Part shown: positions 26,946 through 39,541 of the stretch, one piece after another
Position numbering within the stretch: the first letter of the stretch is position 1
How the letters are laid out: every line of letters begins with the position of its first letter
DNA from: Alphaproteobacteria bacterium
Lineage (GTDB): Bacteria; Pseudomonadota; Alphaproteobacteria; SP197
Assembly: GCA_965228895.1 (NCBI GenBank)
Contig: OZ245842.1
Span: forward strand, 1,344,001-1,408,000
Direction: 5' to 3'
Length of the DNA: 64,000 bases
The notes under the pieces: model-generated
Seen by the model: only the letters and a program-made list of their open reading frames with translations
Told to the model about the DNA's origin: nothing
Databases searched by the model: none
Position numbers and translations under genes: made by a program

Positions 26946-28138
26946 AGGCCCAGCACCGCCTTGGCGATGATGTTTTTCTGAATCTCGTTCGAGCCACCGT
27001 AGATCGTCACCTTGCGGGTGTTGAAATAAGTCGGCGCCGCCGGCATGGCGTAGTCGGGGCCCACCGGCTCCTCGTTCCAACCCTCTTCCATGGCTTCGGG
27101 GATGAAGGGCAGGGCGTAATTGCCGACCGCGTCCATGGTGAGCTCGGTCAGCGCCTGATCGAGCTCGGTGCCGCGGATCTTGATGAACGAGGCTTCCGGT
27201 CCCGGCGTCTTGCCGGCGACCTGATCGGCCAACAGGCGCAATGTGGTCGCCTCCAGCGCCATGATCTGGATTTCCGTATCGGCGACTCTGTGGCGGAAAC
27301 GCGAGTTTTCCAAGAGCGGTTTGTCGCCATCCATTTCGTTGGCGGCGATGTCCTTGATGCGTCTTAGCGCGCGTTTCGCCTGAGGGATGCCGGCCATGTT
27401 TGTGCGCTCATAACCCAACAGGAACTTGGCATAGGTCCAACCCTTGTCCTGTTCACCGATCAGGTTGCCGACCGGCACGCGCACATCGTCGAACATAACG
27501 GTGTTGACCTCGTGACCGCCTTCCATGGTGATGATCGGATTGATAGAGATACCCGGGCTCTTCATGTCGATCAGCAGGAACGAAATGCCTTCCTGCTTCT
27601 TTCCGCTGCTGTCTGTGCGCACCAGGCAGAACATCCAATCGGCCCAATGACCCATCGTGGTCCATGTCTTACCGCCGTTGACCACATAGTGATCGCCGTC
27701 CAGGACCGCCTTGCACTTAAGGCTGGCGAGGTCGGAGCCGGAATTGGGTTCAGAGTAGCCCTGACACCAGAAGACATCGGCGGTGAGAATACCGGGCAGG
27801 TGTTCTTTTTTCTGTTCCTCGGTCCCGAAATGCATGATGACCGGCGCCACCATATCAGGGCCAAACGGCATCTCGCCGGGCGCGCCGGCCTCGCCGAGTT
27901 CGGTCTCGAAGATATAGTGCTGGACCGGACTCCAGTCACAGCCGCCGTATTCGGTCGGCCAGTGCGGGCATGACCAGCCCTTGGCGTGGAGCTTCTTGTG
28001 CCATGTGACGTAGTCGTCCCGACTCAAGCCATGGCCGGCCAAGACCTTATCGCTGATCGCCGGCGGCAGTTCGGCGGCAAGAAAGGCTCTGACCTCGTCG
28101 CGAAAAGCGCGATCGGCATCACTCAGGTTGATCTGCAT
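26942..28138 (-). CDS. Acyl-CoA dehydrogenase, PimC-like large subunit
   Basis: WCQGYSEPNSGSDLASL, KGWTYAKFLLGYER, TIYGGSNEIQKNIIAK. Confidence 0.92.
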   Translation of the reverse strand: MQINLSDADRAFRDEVRAFLAAELPPAISDKVLAGHGLSRDDYVTWHKKLHAKGWSCPHWPTEYGGCDWSPVQHYIFETELGEAGAPGEMPFGPDMVAPVIMHFGTEEQKKEHLPGILTADVFWCQGYSEPNSGSDLASLKCKAVLDGDHYVVNGGKTWTTMGHWADWMFCLVRTDSSGKKQEGISFLLIDMKSPGISINPIITMEGGHEVNTVMFDDVRVPVGNLIGEQDKGWTYAKFLLGYERTNMAGIPQAKRALRRIKDIAANEMDGDKPLLENSRFRHRVADTEIQIMALEATTLRLLADQVAGKTPGPEASFIKIRGTELDQALTELTMDAVGNYALPFIPEAMEEGWNEEPVGPDYAMPAAPTYFNTRKVTIYGGSNEIQKNIIAKAVLGL

Positions 28139-28553
28139 GGTGGTCTCCGAGAGTCCATAACGGCGGTGTTGGATTGGATGCTAGTTGATCTGACGCCAAA
28201 GAGAATGGTTTTTTGCGCTGATCGGAGGCGTGCTAGCCGCGCCAGAATGCCCGATGCAATTGAAACACTTCTCCCTTCAAGCATGACATGCAACTGAAAC
28301 ACACCGGTCCCAAATCGCGGGATGCACGGCGGCACTCCCGCGTCCGCCGCCCCAGACGCGAAGGGAGGCGCTCATGCCGATACGCTCAAGCAAGCTGCAT
28401 TCTACGCCCAGGATGGCCACCGCATTGGGCGGCGGCACCAATAAATGGGCCCGGCACACTGCCGAGTTGGCAAGTGGCCGTATCGATGGACAGACGCCGC
28501 CTCTAACGCCTCTTGCGGTTAATGCAAGTGCCGCCGATGCCTCGCATCCGGCG

Positions 28554-29336
28554 ATGGTGACCGAGCGTTTCGACCTCAGGCCTCTCACACTTGAACACGC
28601 GCCCTATGTTGCGGATCTTGGCGCGGATCCGGATGTCGTCAAGACCTTGATCTGTGACTGGTCAAGCGCCGAGCAGCGGCTTGCCATCGCGCGTGCTTGG
28701 ATAAAGCGAAATCAGGTCTTCGGTATCTGGGGCGTCTTCGATCGGGATGGCAGGTTCGGCGGCCACGGCCGATTTATCGGCTTCTGCGCGGTCGACGAAC
28801 CGCTTGAGCATGTCGGGCAAGGTCCTGAAATCTACTATGCCTTTTGTCGCAGCGCCTGGGGCAAGGGTGTGGCGACCGAGGTCGTCGGCATCATTATGCG
28901 CCACCTGTTCCGGCGCGGCGATATCGGCTCGCTTGAAGCGCTTGTGCTGGCCGGGTTGAACCCGGCTTCGCGCAGGCTGCTTGAAAACCTCGGCATGCGG
29001 TTGATTGGCCGCTTTCCGCATGTCGCCTATGCCGACAGCCAATGCGCGCCGACAATCCGCTATGAAGTCTGGCGGGTCAGGACGGCGACACCGTCAAACG
29101 CCCTCAGAAGATTGGAGGAAGCGGCCTATAAAATCGGGCAGTTCGTCGCCGAAGGCGTCGGGTCCAAGGAAGCGGTCGCCGCCTCACTCAGCGCGGCGGC
29201 CGAGGCCAATGGACTGGCGGCGCGTCTGGGCGAGGGCACCGTCGCCGACATCGTTGATGAAAGCCTGGCCGCCGGCCTGAAGGAAAATGGCCTGCTGCAT
29301 TACCGGCTCGTAAGACATGAGTGCCCGTGGCTCTAG
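28554..29336 (+). CDS. RimJ/RimL-type GNAT acetyltransferase with extra C-terminal helical domain (start uncertain)
   Basis: TERFDLRPL, FIGFC, AWGKGVATE, NPASRRLLENLGM. Confidence 0.75.
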   Translation: MVTERFDLRPLTLEHAPYVADLGADPDVVKTLICDWSSAEQRLAIARAWIKRNQVFGIWGVFDRDGRFGGHGRFIGFCAVDEPLEHVGQGPEIYYAFCRSAWGKGVATEVVGIIMRHLFRRGDIGSLEALVLAGLNPASRRLLENLGMRLIGRFPHVAYADSQCAPTIRYEVWRVRTATPSNALRRLEEAAYKIGQFVAEGVGSKEAVAASLSAAAEANGLAARLGEGTVADIVDESLAAGLKENGLLHYRLVRHECPWL

Positions 29337-29415
29337 TCTGACGTCATGACCCCTGGCATCCATCGTCGCGATGCGTATGCTCTCGCCCGACACAGCGCTC
29401 TAGCGGGAGAAGCAC

Positions 29416-30186
29416 ATGGATATGTTTGGTTTGACCGGCAAGGTCGCCGTTGTGACGGGCGGTTCAAAAGGCATCGGGCGGGCGATCGCCGAGCGCATGG
29501 CCGAAGCCGGCGCCAAGGTCGTTGTTGCAAGCCGTAAACTGGACAAGTGCCAGGAGGTCGCCGACGGCATCAACGCGGCGGGCGGTGAAGCAATCGCGGT
29601 AGCCTGCAACGTCTCCCACATCGATCAGCTCGAAAACCTTGTCGACCAGACGTTGAAGGCGTTCGGCAAGGTTGACATCCTGGTCGGCAACGCCGCCGTC
29701 AACCCGCATTACGGTCCGATGACCGATATCGAGGAGACGGCCTTCGACAAGATCATGGACAGCAACATCAAGGCGAACCTGTGGCTCGCCCGCATGCTGC
29801 TGCCCCAGATGGCGGAACGGCGCGACGGCGTGGTAATCCTGTTGTCCAGCATAGCCGGCATCAAAGGCACCGACGATATCGGCGTCTACGGCATCTCCAA
29901 GGCTGCCGACAGCGCGATGGTCAGGAACCTGGCGGTGCGCTGGGGAGAGCACAACATCCGCTGCAACGCCATCGCGCCCGGCCTGATCAAGACCGACTTC
30001 GCCCGGGCGCTCTGGGAAAACCCGGAACGGCGGGCCGTGGTCGAGGCGAGCTATCCCCTGCGCCGCCTGGGCGAGCCCGACGATATCGCCGGCGTGGCGG
30101 TTTTCCTGGCCTCGCCGGCGGGCAGCTACATCACCGGCCAGACAATTGTCGTTGATGGCGGCTCGACAATCGTCGCCAGCGTTTGA
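29416..30186 (+). CDS. Short-chain dehydrogenase/reductase (DHRS4-like)
   Basis: TGGSKGIG, NAAVNP, YGISK, PGLIKTDFA. Confidence 0.92.
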   Translation: MDMFGLTGKVAVVTGGSKGIGRAIAERMAEAGAKVVVASRKLDKCQEVADGINAAGGEAIAVACNVSHIDQLENLVDQTLKAFGKVDILVGNAAVNPHYGPMTDIEETAFDKIMDSNIKANLWLARMLLPQMAERRDGVVILLSSIAGIKGTDDIGVYGISKAADSAMVRNLAVRWGEHNIRCNAIAPGLIKTDFARALWENPERRAVVEASYPLRRLGEPDDIAGVAVFLASPAGSYITGQTIVVDGGSTIVASV

Positions 30187-30241
30187 CGCCAGCGCTCATC
30201 ATCACCATCTTTGGGAAGTCAGCAGCATCGAGGACGGTTTC

Positions 30242-30718
30242 ATGGTCAAGGCGACATTCGCAGCGGGTTGTTTCTGGAGCCCGGAGGAGACCTTCAGCCA
30301 GATCACCGGCGTGACGGCGACCCAGGTGGGCTATATCGGCGGTACGCTCGATAACCCGACTTACGAAGCCGTCTGCAGCGGCACGACCGGCCACGCCGAG
30401 GCCATCGAGATCGAGTTCGATCCAGACCGCATCACCTATGACGAGCTGCTCGACGTCTTTTGGTCGATCCACGATCCCACAACCAAGGACCGCCAGGGAC
30501 CGGATATCGGCAGCCAGTATCGCTCGGCAATCTTTGTTCATGATGGTGAGCAGCGCAGCGCGGCCGAGACCTCGACGAAGGCACGCCAGGACGCGCGCAC
30601 CGACGGCCGCACCATAGTGACGCAGATCGTTGATGCGCCGACCTTCTGGCCGGCCGAAGACTATCACCAGAGATTCCTGGAAAAGCGCCGCAGCAAGTTC
30701 GGCGGCTTGTTCGGCTGA
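30242..30718 (+). CDS. msrA: Peptide methionine (S)-sulfoxide reductase
   Basis: AGCFW, NPTYEAVCSGTTGHAE, HDPT...RQGPDIGSQYRS, AEDYHQ. Confidence 0.95.
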   Translation: MVKATFAAGCFWSPEETFSQITGVTATQVGYIGGTLDNPTYEAVCSGTTGHAEAIEIEFDPDRITYDELLDVFWSIHDPTTKDRQGPDIGSQYRSAIFVHDGEQRSAAETSTKARQDARTDGRTIVTQIVDAPTFWPAEDYHQRFLEKRRSKFGGLFG

Positions 30719-30719
30719 C

Positions 30720-31799
30720 CTAACTGGCGGCTGCCGCCTTCGCCTTGTCGATCAGGGCACGCACGCGTTCGTCCATGACCGCGAACCGCTCGTCTTGGGT
30801 TTGGCCGCGCAGATAGCGGATGTAGATCTGCTGTACGATCACGGCGATCTTGAAGGCGCCGAACACCTCGTACCAGATTAGTCGTGAGAGATCGAAGCCC
30901 GTCCGACCGCCATAGGCCTCTCTGATCTCCTGGCGGGTCGGAAAGCCGGGCCGGTCGGTCGGCATCCACGCGGCCTTGCGCTGCAAGTCGCTGTCTGTGG
31001 CTTCGGCCCAATAGTTCAGCAGGTTGGCAAGATCGAGCAGCGGGTCACCGCGCGTGCACATGTCCCAATCGAGCACGGCGACCGCGCGTGCCGGGTCGTC
31101 ATGGGCGACCATGATGTTGTCGAGCTTGAAGTCGTTATGGACCAGGGTGACCTGATCGGAGTCGGGGATATCGGTCTCGATCCAGGTAATCAGATCGCCG
31201 GCATCGGGCGCGTTTTCGTCGACGGCGGCATTCCAGCGCTTGACCCAGCCCGCGACCTGCCGTGCAACGAAACCTTCCGGGCGGCCCAGGTCGCCTAGAC
31301 CGACGCTTTCGGGGTCGACCCGGTGAAAGTCCGCCAGGCTGTCGACGATCATGCGGCCGATCCGCTGGCAGAGCGGCGGGTCGTTGTTGATGACGGTCGT
31401 GTTGTTGGCCCGGATCACGAAGCCATCGCGCCGCTCCAGCACGTGAAAGTCGACGCCAAGGACGTCCGGATCGGTGCACAGAACGAAGCTGCGCGGCGCC
31501 AACGGGTAGGCGCGCCACAGGTCCTTTAAGACACGATGCTCGCGCTTCATGTCGTGTGCGCTTGGTGCTACGGGTCCGAGTGGGGGGCGGCGCAGGACAA
31601 ACTCGTTCTCGGCGAACCGCAGCAAGTAAGTGAGGTTGGCGTGGCCGCCGCCAAACTGCCGGACGCTGAGTGGGCCTTCTGCGCCCTCCAGGTTATCGCG
31701 CAGCCAGGGCTCCAAACGTGTCAGATCGAGTGTTTCGTCGGCCCGAACATCGATAGTCTCGGGGTCGCTGGCAGATCGTTTGTCGCGCCCCGACGTCAT
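30720..31799 (-). CDS. Phosphotransferase family protein (APH-like, ACAD10 kinase-like)
   Basis: GGHANLTY, VLRRPP..AHDMKRE, VHNDFKLDN, VLDWDM...GDPL.DL. Confidence 0.88.
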   Translation of the reverse strand: MTSGRDKRSASDPETIDVRADETLDLTRLEPWLRDNLEGAEGPLSVRQFGGGHANLTYLLRFAENEFVLRRPPLGPVAPSAHDMKREHRVLKDLWRAYPLAPRSFVLCTDPDVLGVDFHVLERRDGFVIRANNTTVINNDPPLCQRIGRMIVDSLADFHRVDPESVGLGDLGRPEGFVARQVAGWVKRWNAAVDENAPDAGDLITWIETDIPDSDQVTLVHNDFKLDNIMVAHDDPARAVAVLDWDMCTRGDPLLDLANLLNYWAEATDSDLQRKAAWMPTDRPGFPTRQEIREAYGGRTGFDLSRLIWYEVFGAFKIAVIVQQIYIRYLRGQTQDERFAVMDERVRALIDKAKAAAAS

Positions 31800-31830
31800 G
31801 GCCGTTGCCTGGTCCCGCAAGGCCTTCGGC

Positions 31831-33015
31831 TCAGCAAATCTCGAACAGGCCGGCCATGCCCTGACCGCCGCCGATGCACATGGTGACGACCGCATGTTTG
31901 GCGCCGCGGCGCTTGCCTTCGATCAGCGCGTGGCCGGTCATGCGCGCCCCTGACATGCCGTAGGGGTGGCCGATCGAAATCGAGCCGCCGTCAACATTGA
32001 GTTTCTCGTTGTCGATGCCCAGCTTGTCCCGGCAGTAGATGACCTGAACCGCGAAGGCTTCGTTCAGCTCCCACAGATCGATGTCGTCGACCGTCAATCC
32101 GTTGCGCTCCAGAAGTTTCGGCACGGCGTACACCGGACCGATGCCCATTTCATCCGGCTCGCAACCGGCGACCACCATGCCTTTGTAGATCGCCATCGGT
32201 TCGATGCCGCGCTTAGCTGCCGCGGAGGCCTCCATCACGACACAGGCCGAGGCGCCGTCAGACAGCTGGCTGGCATTGCCGGCGGTGATGAACTGGTCTT
32301 CGCCGCGCACGGGGTCGAGGCCCTGGAGGCCCTCCAGCGTGGTCGTCGGACGGTTGCCTTCGTCCTTGTCGAGCGTCACCGCCTGTTCGCTGATCTCGCC
32401 GGTCTCCTTGTCCTTGACCAGCTTGATCGATGGCAGGGGCACGATCTCGTCGTCGAACTTGCCGGCCTGTTGGCCGGCGGCCGTGCGCATCTGGCTCTGC
32501 AGGGCGTATTCGTCCTGGGCCTCGCGGCTGATACCATAGCGCGCCGCGACCGTGTCGGCGGTTTCCAGCATGGACATCCAGAGCGCCGGCTTGTGCTCCA
32601 TCAACCAGTCTTCGGTCGCCTTGTATTGATTCATGTGATCGTTCTGGACCAGGCTGATCTGTTCGACGCCGCCGGCGACCGCGACATCGACCTTGTCGAC
32701 GACGACCCGCTGGGCGGCCGAGCTGATCGCCTGCAGGCCCGAACTGCAGAAGCGGTTGATGGTGGTCGCCGCCGTCGTCACCGGCAGGCCAGCACGGATC
32801 GTTGCCAGGCGCGCGTGGTTGTGGCCGGTCGCGCCTTCGGGCAGGCCGCAGCCGATCATGACATCCTCGACTTCGGCGGGCTCGACGCCGGCGCGCTCGA
32901 CCGCGTGCTCGATCACATGGCCGGTCATGGTGATGCCGTGGGTGTTGTTGAACGCGCCGCGATAGGCCTTGCCGATCGGGGTGCGGGCGGTGGAGACAAT
33001 GACGGCTTCACGCAT
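31831..33015 (-). CDS. Acetyl-CoA C-acyltransferase (thiolase, PimB-like)
   Basis: [29 protein letters not shown]. Confidence 0.95.
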   Translation of the reverse strand: MREAVIVSTARTPIGKAYRGAFNNTHGITMTGHVIEHAVERAGVEPAEVEDVMIGCGLPEGATGHNHARLATIRAGLPVTTAATTINRFCSSGLQAISSAAQRVVVDKVDVAVAGGVEQISLVQNDHMNQYKATEDWLMEHKPALWMSMLETADTVAARYGISREAQDEYALQSQMRTAAGQQAGKFDDEIVPLPSIKLVKDKETGEISEQAVTLDKDEGNRPTTTLEGLQGLDPVRGEDQFITAGNASQLSDGASACVVMEASAAAKRGIEPMAIYKGMVVAGCEPDEMGIGPVYAVPKLLERNGLTVDDIDLWELNEAFAVQVIYCRDKLGIDNEKLNVDGGSISIGHPYGMSGARMTGHALIEGKRRGAKHAVVTMCIGGGQGMAGLFEIC

Positions 33016-33018
33016 GGT

Positions 33019-35124
<2,106 letters not shown>

Positions 35125-35191
35125 GGGTATCTCCCGCAACTGCGAAGGTTTGTTGTGCGGTGCAGCACGCTAGAGCACGCGCACGCCGCAA

Positions 35192-36406
35192 TCAACGCCG
35201 CTGGGATGCCTGGCGACGGTATTCCTCCTTCGAGATGACCCCGCGGTGCACCTCGTCGGGACCGTCGGCGAAGCGCACCGTACGCGCGTACATCCAGGCA
35301 TGCGCCAGGAAAAAGTCCTGGCTGATGCCGGCGGCGCCATGGGCCTGAATGGCACGGTCAATCACGGTCTGCGCGACGTTAGGGGCCACCACCTTGATCA
35401 TGGAAATTTCCGAGCGCGCCTCCTTGTTGCCGACCTTGTCCATCATGTCGGCGGCTTTGAGCGTCAATAGCCGGGCCTGATCGATTTCCATGCGCGAGTT
35501 GGCGATGTCGGCGCGTATGGTGTCGCGGGTCGCGAGTGGCCGGCCGAAGGCGACGCGGTCTTCGACGCGATGGCACATGGCCTCCAGCGCACGTTCGGCC
35601 AAGCCGATCAGGCGCATGCAGTGGTGAATGCGGCCCGGCCCCAGGCGGCCTTGGGCGATCTCAAAACCGCGGCCTTCACCGAGCAACAGGTTCGTTGCCG
35701 GCACGCGCACGTCCTCAAATGTCAACTCCATATGGCCGTGCGGCGCATGATCGTTGCCGAACACGGTCATCGGTCGCACCACGGTGACGCCGGGCGTGTC
35801 CATCGGCACCAGGATCATCGATTGCTGTTTGTGCCGTTCCGCGTTCAGGTCGGTTTTTCCCATAAATATCAATATCTTGCAGCGGGGATCGCCGGACCCG
35901 GAGATCCACCACTTGCGCCCGTTGATCACGTAGTCGTCGCCATCGCGTTCGATCCGCGATTCGATGTTGGTGGCATCCGAGGAGGCGACCTGAGGTTCGG
36001 TCATGGCAAAGGCGGAGCGGATCTCGCCGGCCAGCAGCGGTTCCAGCCACTGTTTCTTCTGATCTTCGGTGCCGTAACGCTCCAGCACTTCCATGTTGCC
36101 GGTATCCGGCGCCGCGCAGTTAAAGGCCTCCGGCGCGATGAAGCTGCGGCCCATGGTTTCGCACAGCGGCGCGTATTCGAGGTTGCTGAGGCCGAAGCCC
36201 CGTTCGCTGTCGGGCAGGAACATGTTCCACAGGCCCTCGGCGCGCGCCTTCTTTTTCAGTTCCTCGATGATTGGGGGGACTTTGTTCCAACCGCCATTGC
36301 GCGCCTGGTCTTCATAGGCGTGCTCGTTGGGATAGATGTGCTCGGCCATGAAGTCGCCGATGCGTTTCGTCAGGTCCTTGACCTTGTCCGAATAGTCGAA
36401 GTCCAT
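35192..36406 (-). CDS. Acyl-CoA dehydrogenase (ACAD10/11-like)
   Basis: [50 protein letters not shown]. Confidence 0.93.
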   Translation of the reverse strand: MDFDYSDKVKDLTKRIGDFMAEHIYPNEHAYEDQARNGGWNKVPPIIEELKKKARAEGLWNMFLPDSERGFGLSNLEYAPLCETMGRSFIAPEAFNCAAPDTGNMEVLERYGTEDQKKQWLEPLLAGEIRSAFAMTEPQVASSDATNIESRIERDGDDYVINGRKWWISGSGDPRCKILIFMGKTDLNAERHKQQSMILVPMDTPGVTVVRPMTVFGNDHAPHGHMELTFEDVRVPATNLLLGEGRGFEIAQGRLGPGRIHHCMRLIGLAERALEAMCHRVEDRVAFGRPLATRDTIRADIANSRMEIDQARLLTLKAADMMDKVGNKEARSEISMIKVVAPNVAQTVIDRAIQAHGAAGISQDFFLAHAWMYARTVRFADGPDEVHRGVISKEEYRRQASQRR

Positions 36407-36466
36407 GATGTGTCCTTTGGGCGGGGGTGCCCGGTCAGGGAGGATGGGGCCGCCAGCGCGGCCTTC

Positions 36467-38101
36467 TCAGATGGTCGGCAGTTTGTGGTTTTTGAATCGT
36501 TCGCGCAGTTGCAGTTTGGAGACCTTGCCTGTCGCGGTGTGCGGCAGTTCGTCGACAAACGCGATGTCGTCGGGCATCCACCATTTGGCGACTTGGCCGT
36601 CGAGATGGTCGAGCACGCTGTCGGCCGTTAGGTCGGCACCGTCACGGCAGACGATGACCAGCATGGGCCGTTCGGTCCATTTTGGGTGGGGCATGGCAAT
36701 GGCCGCCGCCTCTTGCACGTCGGGATGCCCCATGACCACACTTTCCAAATCGATCGAACTGATCCATTCGCCGCCGGATTTGATCAGATCCTTGGTGCGG
36801 TCGGTGATTTGCAGGAGCGATTCGTCATCGATTGTCGCGACATCGCCGGTGCGAAACCAGCCATCGTCGGTGATGGCGGCCTTTGTGGCCTCGTCGTCCT
36901 TGTAATAGCCGCTAGCGATCCAGGGGCCACGGCAGACCAGTTCGCCGGAGGTTTCGCCGTCGTGGGGCAGGTCGTTGTGATCGTCGTCGAGGATGCGCAG
37001 TTCAACGCCGAAGACTCGGCGCTGTTTGCATTTGCGGGCATAACGCGTTTCCTCATCCAGTTCGTCAAATCCCGGTCCTTCACTGCCGGCCGCGCAGACC
37101 GGACTGGTCTCGGTCATGCCCCAGCCCTGGACATAGGTGACGCCATGGTCTTCCTCATAGGCCTTGATCATCGAGACCGGTGCTGCCGCACCGCCGCTGA
37201 CCAGGATAAAGCCGGGTGGCAGCTTGGCGCCGGTTTCGTTCAGGTGGTTCAACAGACCCAGCCAGATTGTCGGCACGCCCAGCGTCAGGTTAACCCGTTC
37301 GCTGTCGAACAACTCAAGAAGGCTTGGCGGGTCCAACCTAAAGCCTGGCATGACGATTTTTGCACCGCAGATTGGCGCCGCATAGGCCTGTCCCCACGCC
37401 TGAACATGGAACATGGGGACGACCGGAAGCACCGCGGTCGTGGAGTCCATGGTCAACGTGCCGGCCGCCAAAAGTCCCATGGCATGAAGCACAGTCGAAC
37501 GGTGACTAAAGAGTGCGCCTTTAGGATTGCCGGTCGTGCCGGACGTGTAGCACATGGCGGCCGCCGTGTTCTCATCGAACGATGGCCAGTCATAGGATGT
37601 CGGTTGACCTTCCAGCAGCGCTTCGTAGCACATGGCATTCTTCAGACTGGTCTCGGGCATGTGCTCCCGGTCGGTCATGATGATATAGCCTTCGACCTTT
37701 GGGAATTGATCGGCCAAGCCTTCCAGCAACTCGACCAGGTTCAGATCAAGGAAGATGAAACGGTCTTCGGCATGGTTGACGATGTATTCCAGTTGATCGT
37801 GGAACAGGCGCGGGTTGATCGTGTGGCAGACGGCGCCGATGCCCGAGATACCGTAATAGAGCTCCATGTGCCGGTAGGTGTTCCAGGCGAACGTCGCAAC
37901 GCGATCACCCGGTTTCACGCCTAGCGCGACAAGCGCGTGGGCCAGCTGTTGTGTGCGGGCATAGCAGTCTCGGTAGGTATAGCGGTGGATGGGCCCTTCT
38001 ACCGTGCGCGTCACGATTTCCTGCAGGCCGTGCGCCTGCGCCGCATGCGCCAGGATCCCCGAGATCATCAGCGGCGTATCCATCATTTGTCCGCGCAACA
38101 T
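36467..38101 (-). CDS. Fatty-acid/3-methylmercaptopropionate-type CoA ligase (DmdB/AlkK-like)
   Basis: YTSGTTGNPKG, WGMTET, GWFRTGD, DRTKDLIKSGGEWISS, PHTATGK. Confidence 0.9.
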   Translation of the reverse strand: MLRGQMMDTPLMISGILAHAAQAHGLQEIVTRTVEGPIHRYTYRDCYARTQQLAHALVALGVKPGDRVATFAWNTYRHMELYYGISGIGAVCHTINPRLFHDQLEYIVNHAEDRFIFLDLNLVELLEGLADQFPKVEGYIIMTDREHMPETSLKNAMCYEALLEGQPTSYDWPSFDENTAAAMCYTSGTTGNPKGALFSHRSTVLHAMGLLAAGTLTMDSTTAVLPVVPMFHVQAWGQAYAAPICGAKIVMPGFRLDPPSLLELFDSERVNLTLGVPTIWLGLLNHLNETGAKLPPGFILVSGGAAAPVSMIKAYEEDHGVTYVQGWGMTETSPVCAAGSEGPGFDELDEETRYARKCKQRRVFGVELRILDDDHNDLPHDGETSGELVCRGPWIASGYYKDDEATKAAITDDGWFRTGDVATIDDESLLQITDRTKDLIKSGGEWISSIDLESVVMGHPDVQEAAAIAMPHPKWTERPMLVIVCRDGADLTADSVLDHLDGQVAKWWMPDDIAFVDELPHTATGKVSKLQLRERFKNHKLPTI

Positions 38102-38233
38102 GGTGCTTTTGCCTCCCCAGGCTCATTTCATTTTCACGAATGATAACGCCGTGGGACCCAACTTCCAGGCTCATCAAACGTAATTTCTCCGATTTCACTT
38201 CTGGTTTACGCTGGCTCAGGGAGGCCCGTAGCC

Positions 38234-39541
38234 ATGCCTGATCACCTTCTGACCGACGACTTCAAGGAAACGCCGTTCTGGTGGGATGCGGCACCCAGGC
38301 CGGAATCGGCCGATCGCACACCGCCCGCCAAAGCCGACGTGGTGGTGGTCGGGTCCGGCAACGTCGGTTTGGCCGCGGCCCTGACCCTGGCGCGCGCCGG
38401 GCGCGACGTGGTCGTGTTGGACGCCGAGGCTCTGGGCCATGGCGGATCATCGCGCAATGCCGGCTATATCGGCCGTACGCTGTGGTTCAAATATCCGGCG
38501 CTGAAGCAGAAACTGGGGACCGAGGCGGCCAAGACTCTGACCGAGGCGGCGGGGCGCGCCCATGACTTCGTCGCCGAGACGATCGAGCGCGAGCAGATCG
38601 CCTGCCACTTCATCGACAACGGCCGGTTCATTCCCGCCGTCACGCAGACGGTCTATTGCAAGATGGAAAAAGAGCTCCAGGACATGCTCGACGACGGCGT
38701 GGAGACGGAGAGCTGGATGGTGCCGCGAGAGCGCCAGCGCGAAGAACTGGGATCCGACCTTTATCACGGCGGTCAGGTGCTGTGCGGCACGGGCCAACTG
38801 CATCCCGGACTGTACCACCAGGGTCTGCTGGAACGCGTGCAATCCCAGGGCGCGACGACAATCGGATACTGCCCGGCGACCGGTATTCGCCGTGAAGGCG
38901 CCAGGTTTACCGTCGCGACGCCGAAGGGCGATATCGATGCCGGCCATGTCATTCTCGCGACCAACGGCTATACGCAAAAGGCAACGCCATGGTTGCGGCG
39001 TCGTCTGGTGCCGGCCCCCGCCTATATGGTCGCAACCGAACCGTTGCCACCCGAGACCATGAAGGCGTTGTTTCCGAACTACCGCACGATGATCGAAAAC
39101 TGTTACAGCCCCTCATGGGCGCGCCCGTCCCATGACGGGACGAGGCTTCTGTTTGGCGGCGGGACGGGCGTGAAACGTGCGTCGCTCAAGCAAAAGGCTC
39201 ACGATCTTCATGCCGGCATGGTCAGGGTCTTTCCGCAGCTTGCCGACACCAGGCTCAGCCATTGCTGGACCGGCAATGTCGCGTTCACCTTCGACCTGTT
39301 GCCCCATATAGGCGAGCATGACGGTGTGCATCATGCGACCGGATTTTGTGCTGCCGGGGTGCCGTTGGGCACCTATATGGGTCACAAAACGGCGCAGAGA
39401 ATCCTCGGCGATCCGGATTCCGCCACGCCGTTCGACGGCCAACCGTTCCCGACCAAACCGTTCTATACCGGCAACCCGTGGTTCCTGCCGCTGGTTATCG
39501 CCTACTTCAACTACATGGACCGCAAGCTCCGGCGTTCCTAA
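38234..39541 (+). CDS. FAD-dependent oxidoreductase (DAO/PuuB family)
   Basis: VVGSGNVG, GGSSRNAG, LATNGYT, TFDLLPHIG. Confidence 0.88.
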   Translation: MPDHLLTDDFKETPFWWDAAPRPESADRTPPAKADVVVVGSGNVGLAAALTLARAGRDVVVLDAEALGHGGSSRNAGYIGRTLWFKYPALKQKLGTEAAKTLTEAAGRAHDFVAETIEREQIACHFIDNGRFIPAVTQTVYCKMEKELQDMLDDGVETESWMVPRERQREELGSDLYHGGQVLCGTGQLHPGLYHQGLLERVQSQGATTIGYCPATGIRREGARFTVATPKGDIDAGHVILATNGYTQKATPWLRRRLVPAPAYMVATEPLPPETMKALFPNYRTMIENCYSPSWARPSHDGTRLLFGGGTGVKRASLKQKAHDLHAGMVRVFPQLADTRLSHCWTGNVAFTFDLLPHIGEHDGVHHATGFCAAGVPLGTYMGHKTAQRILGDPDSATPFDGQPFPTKPFYTGNPWFLPLVIAYFNYMDRKLRRS

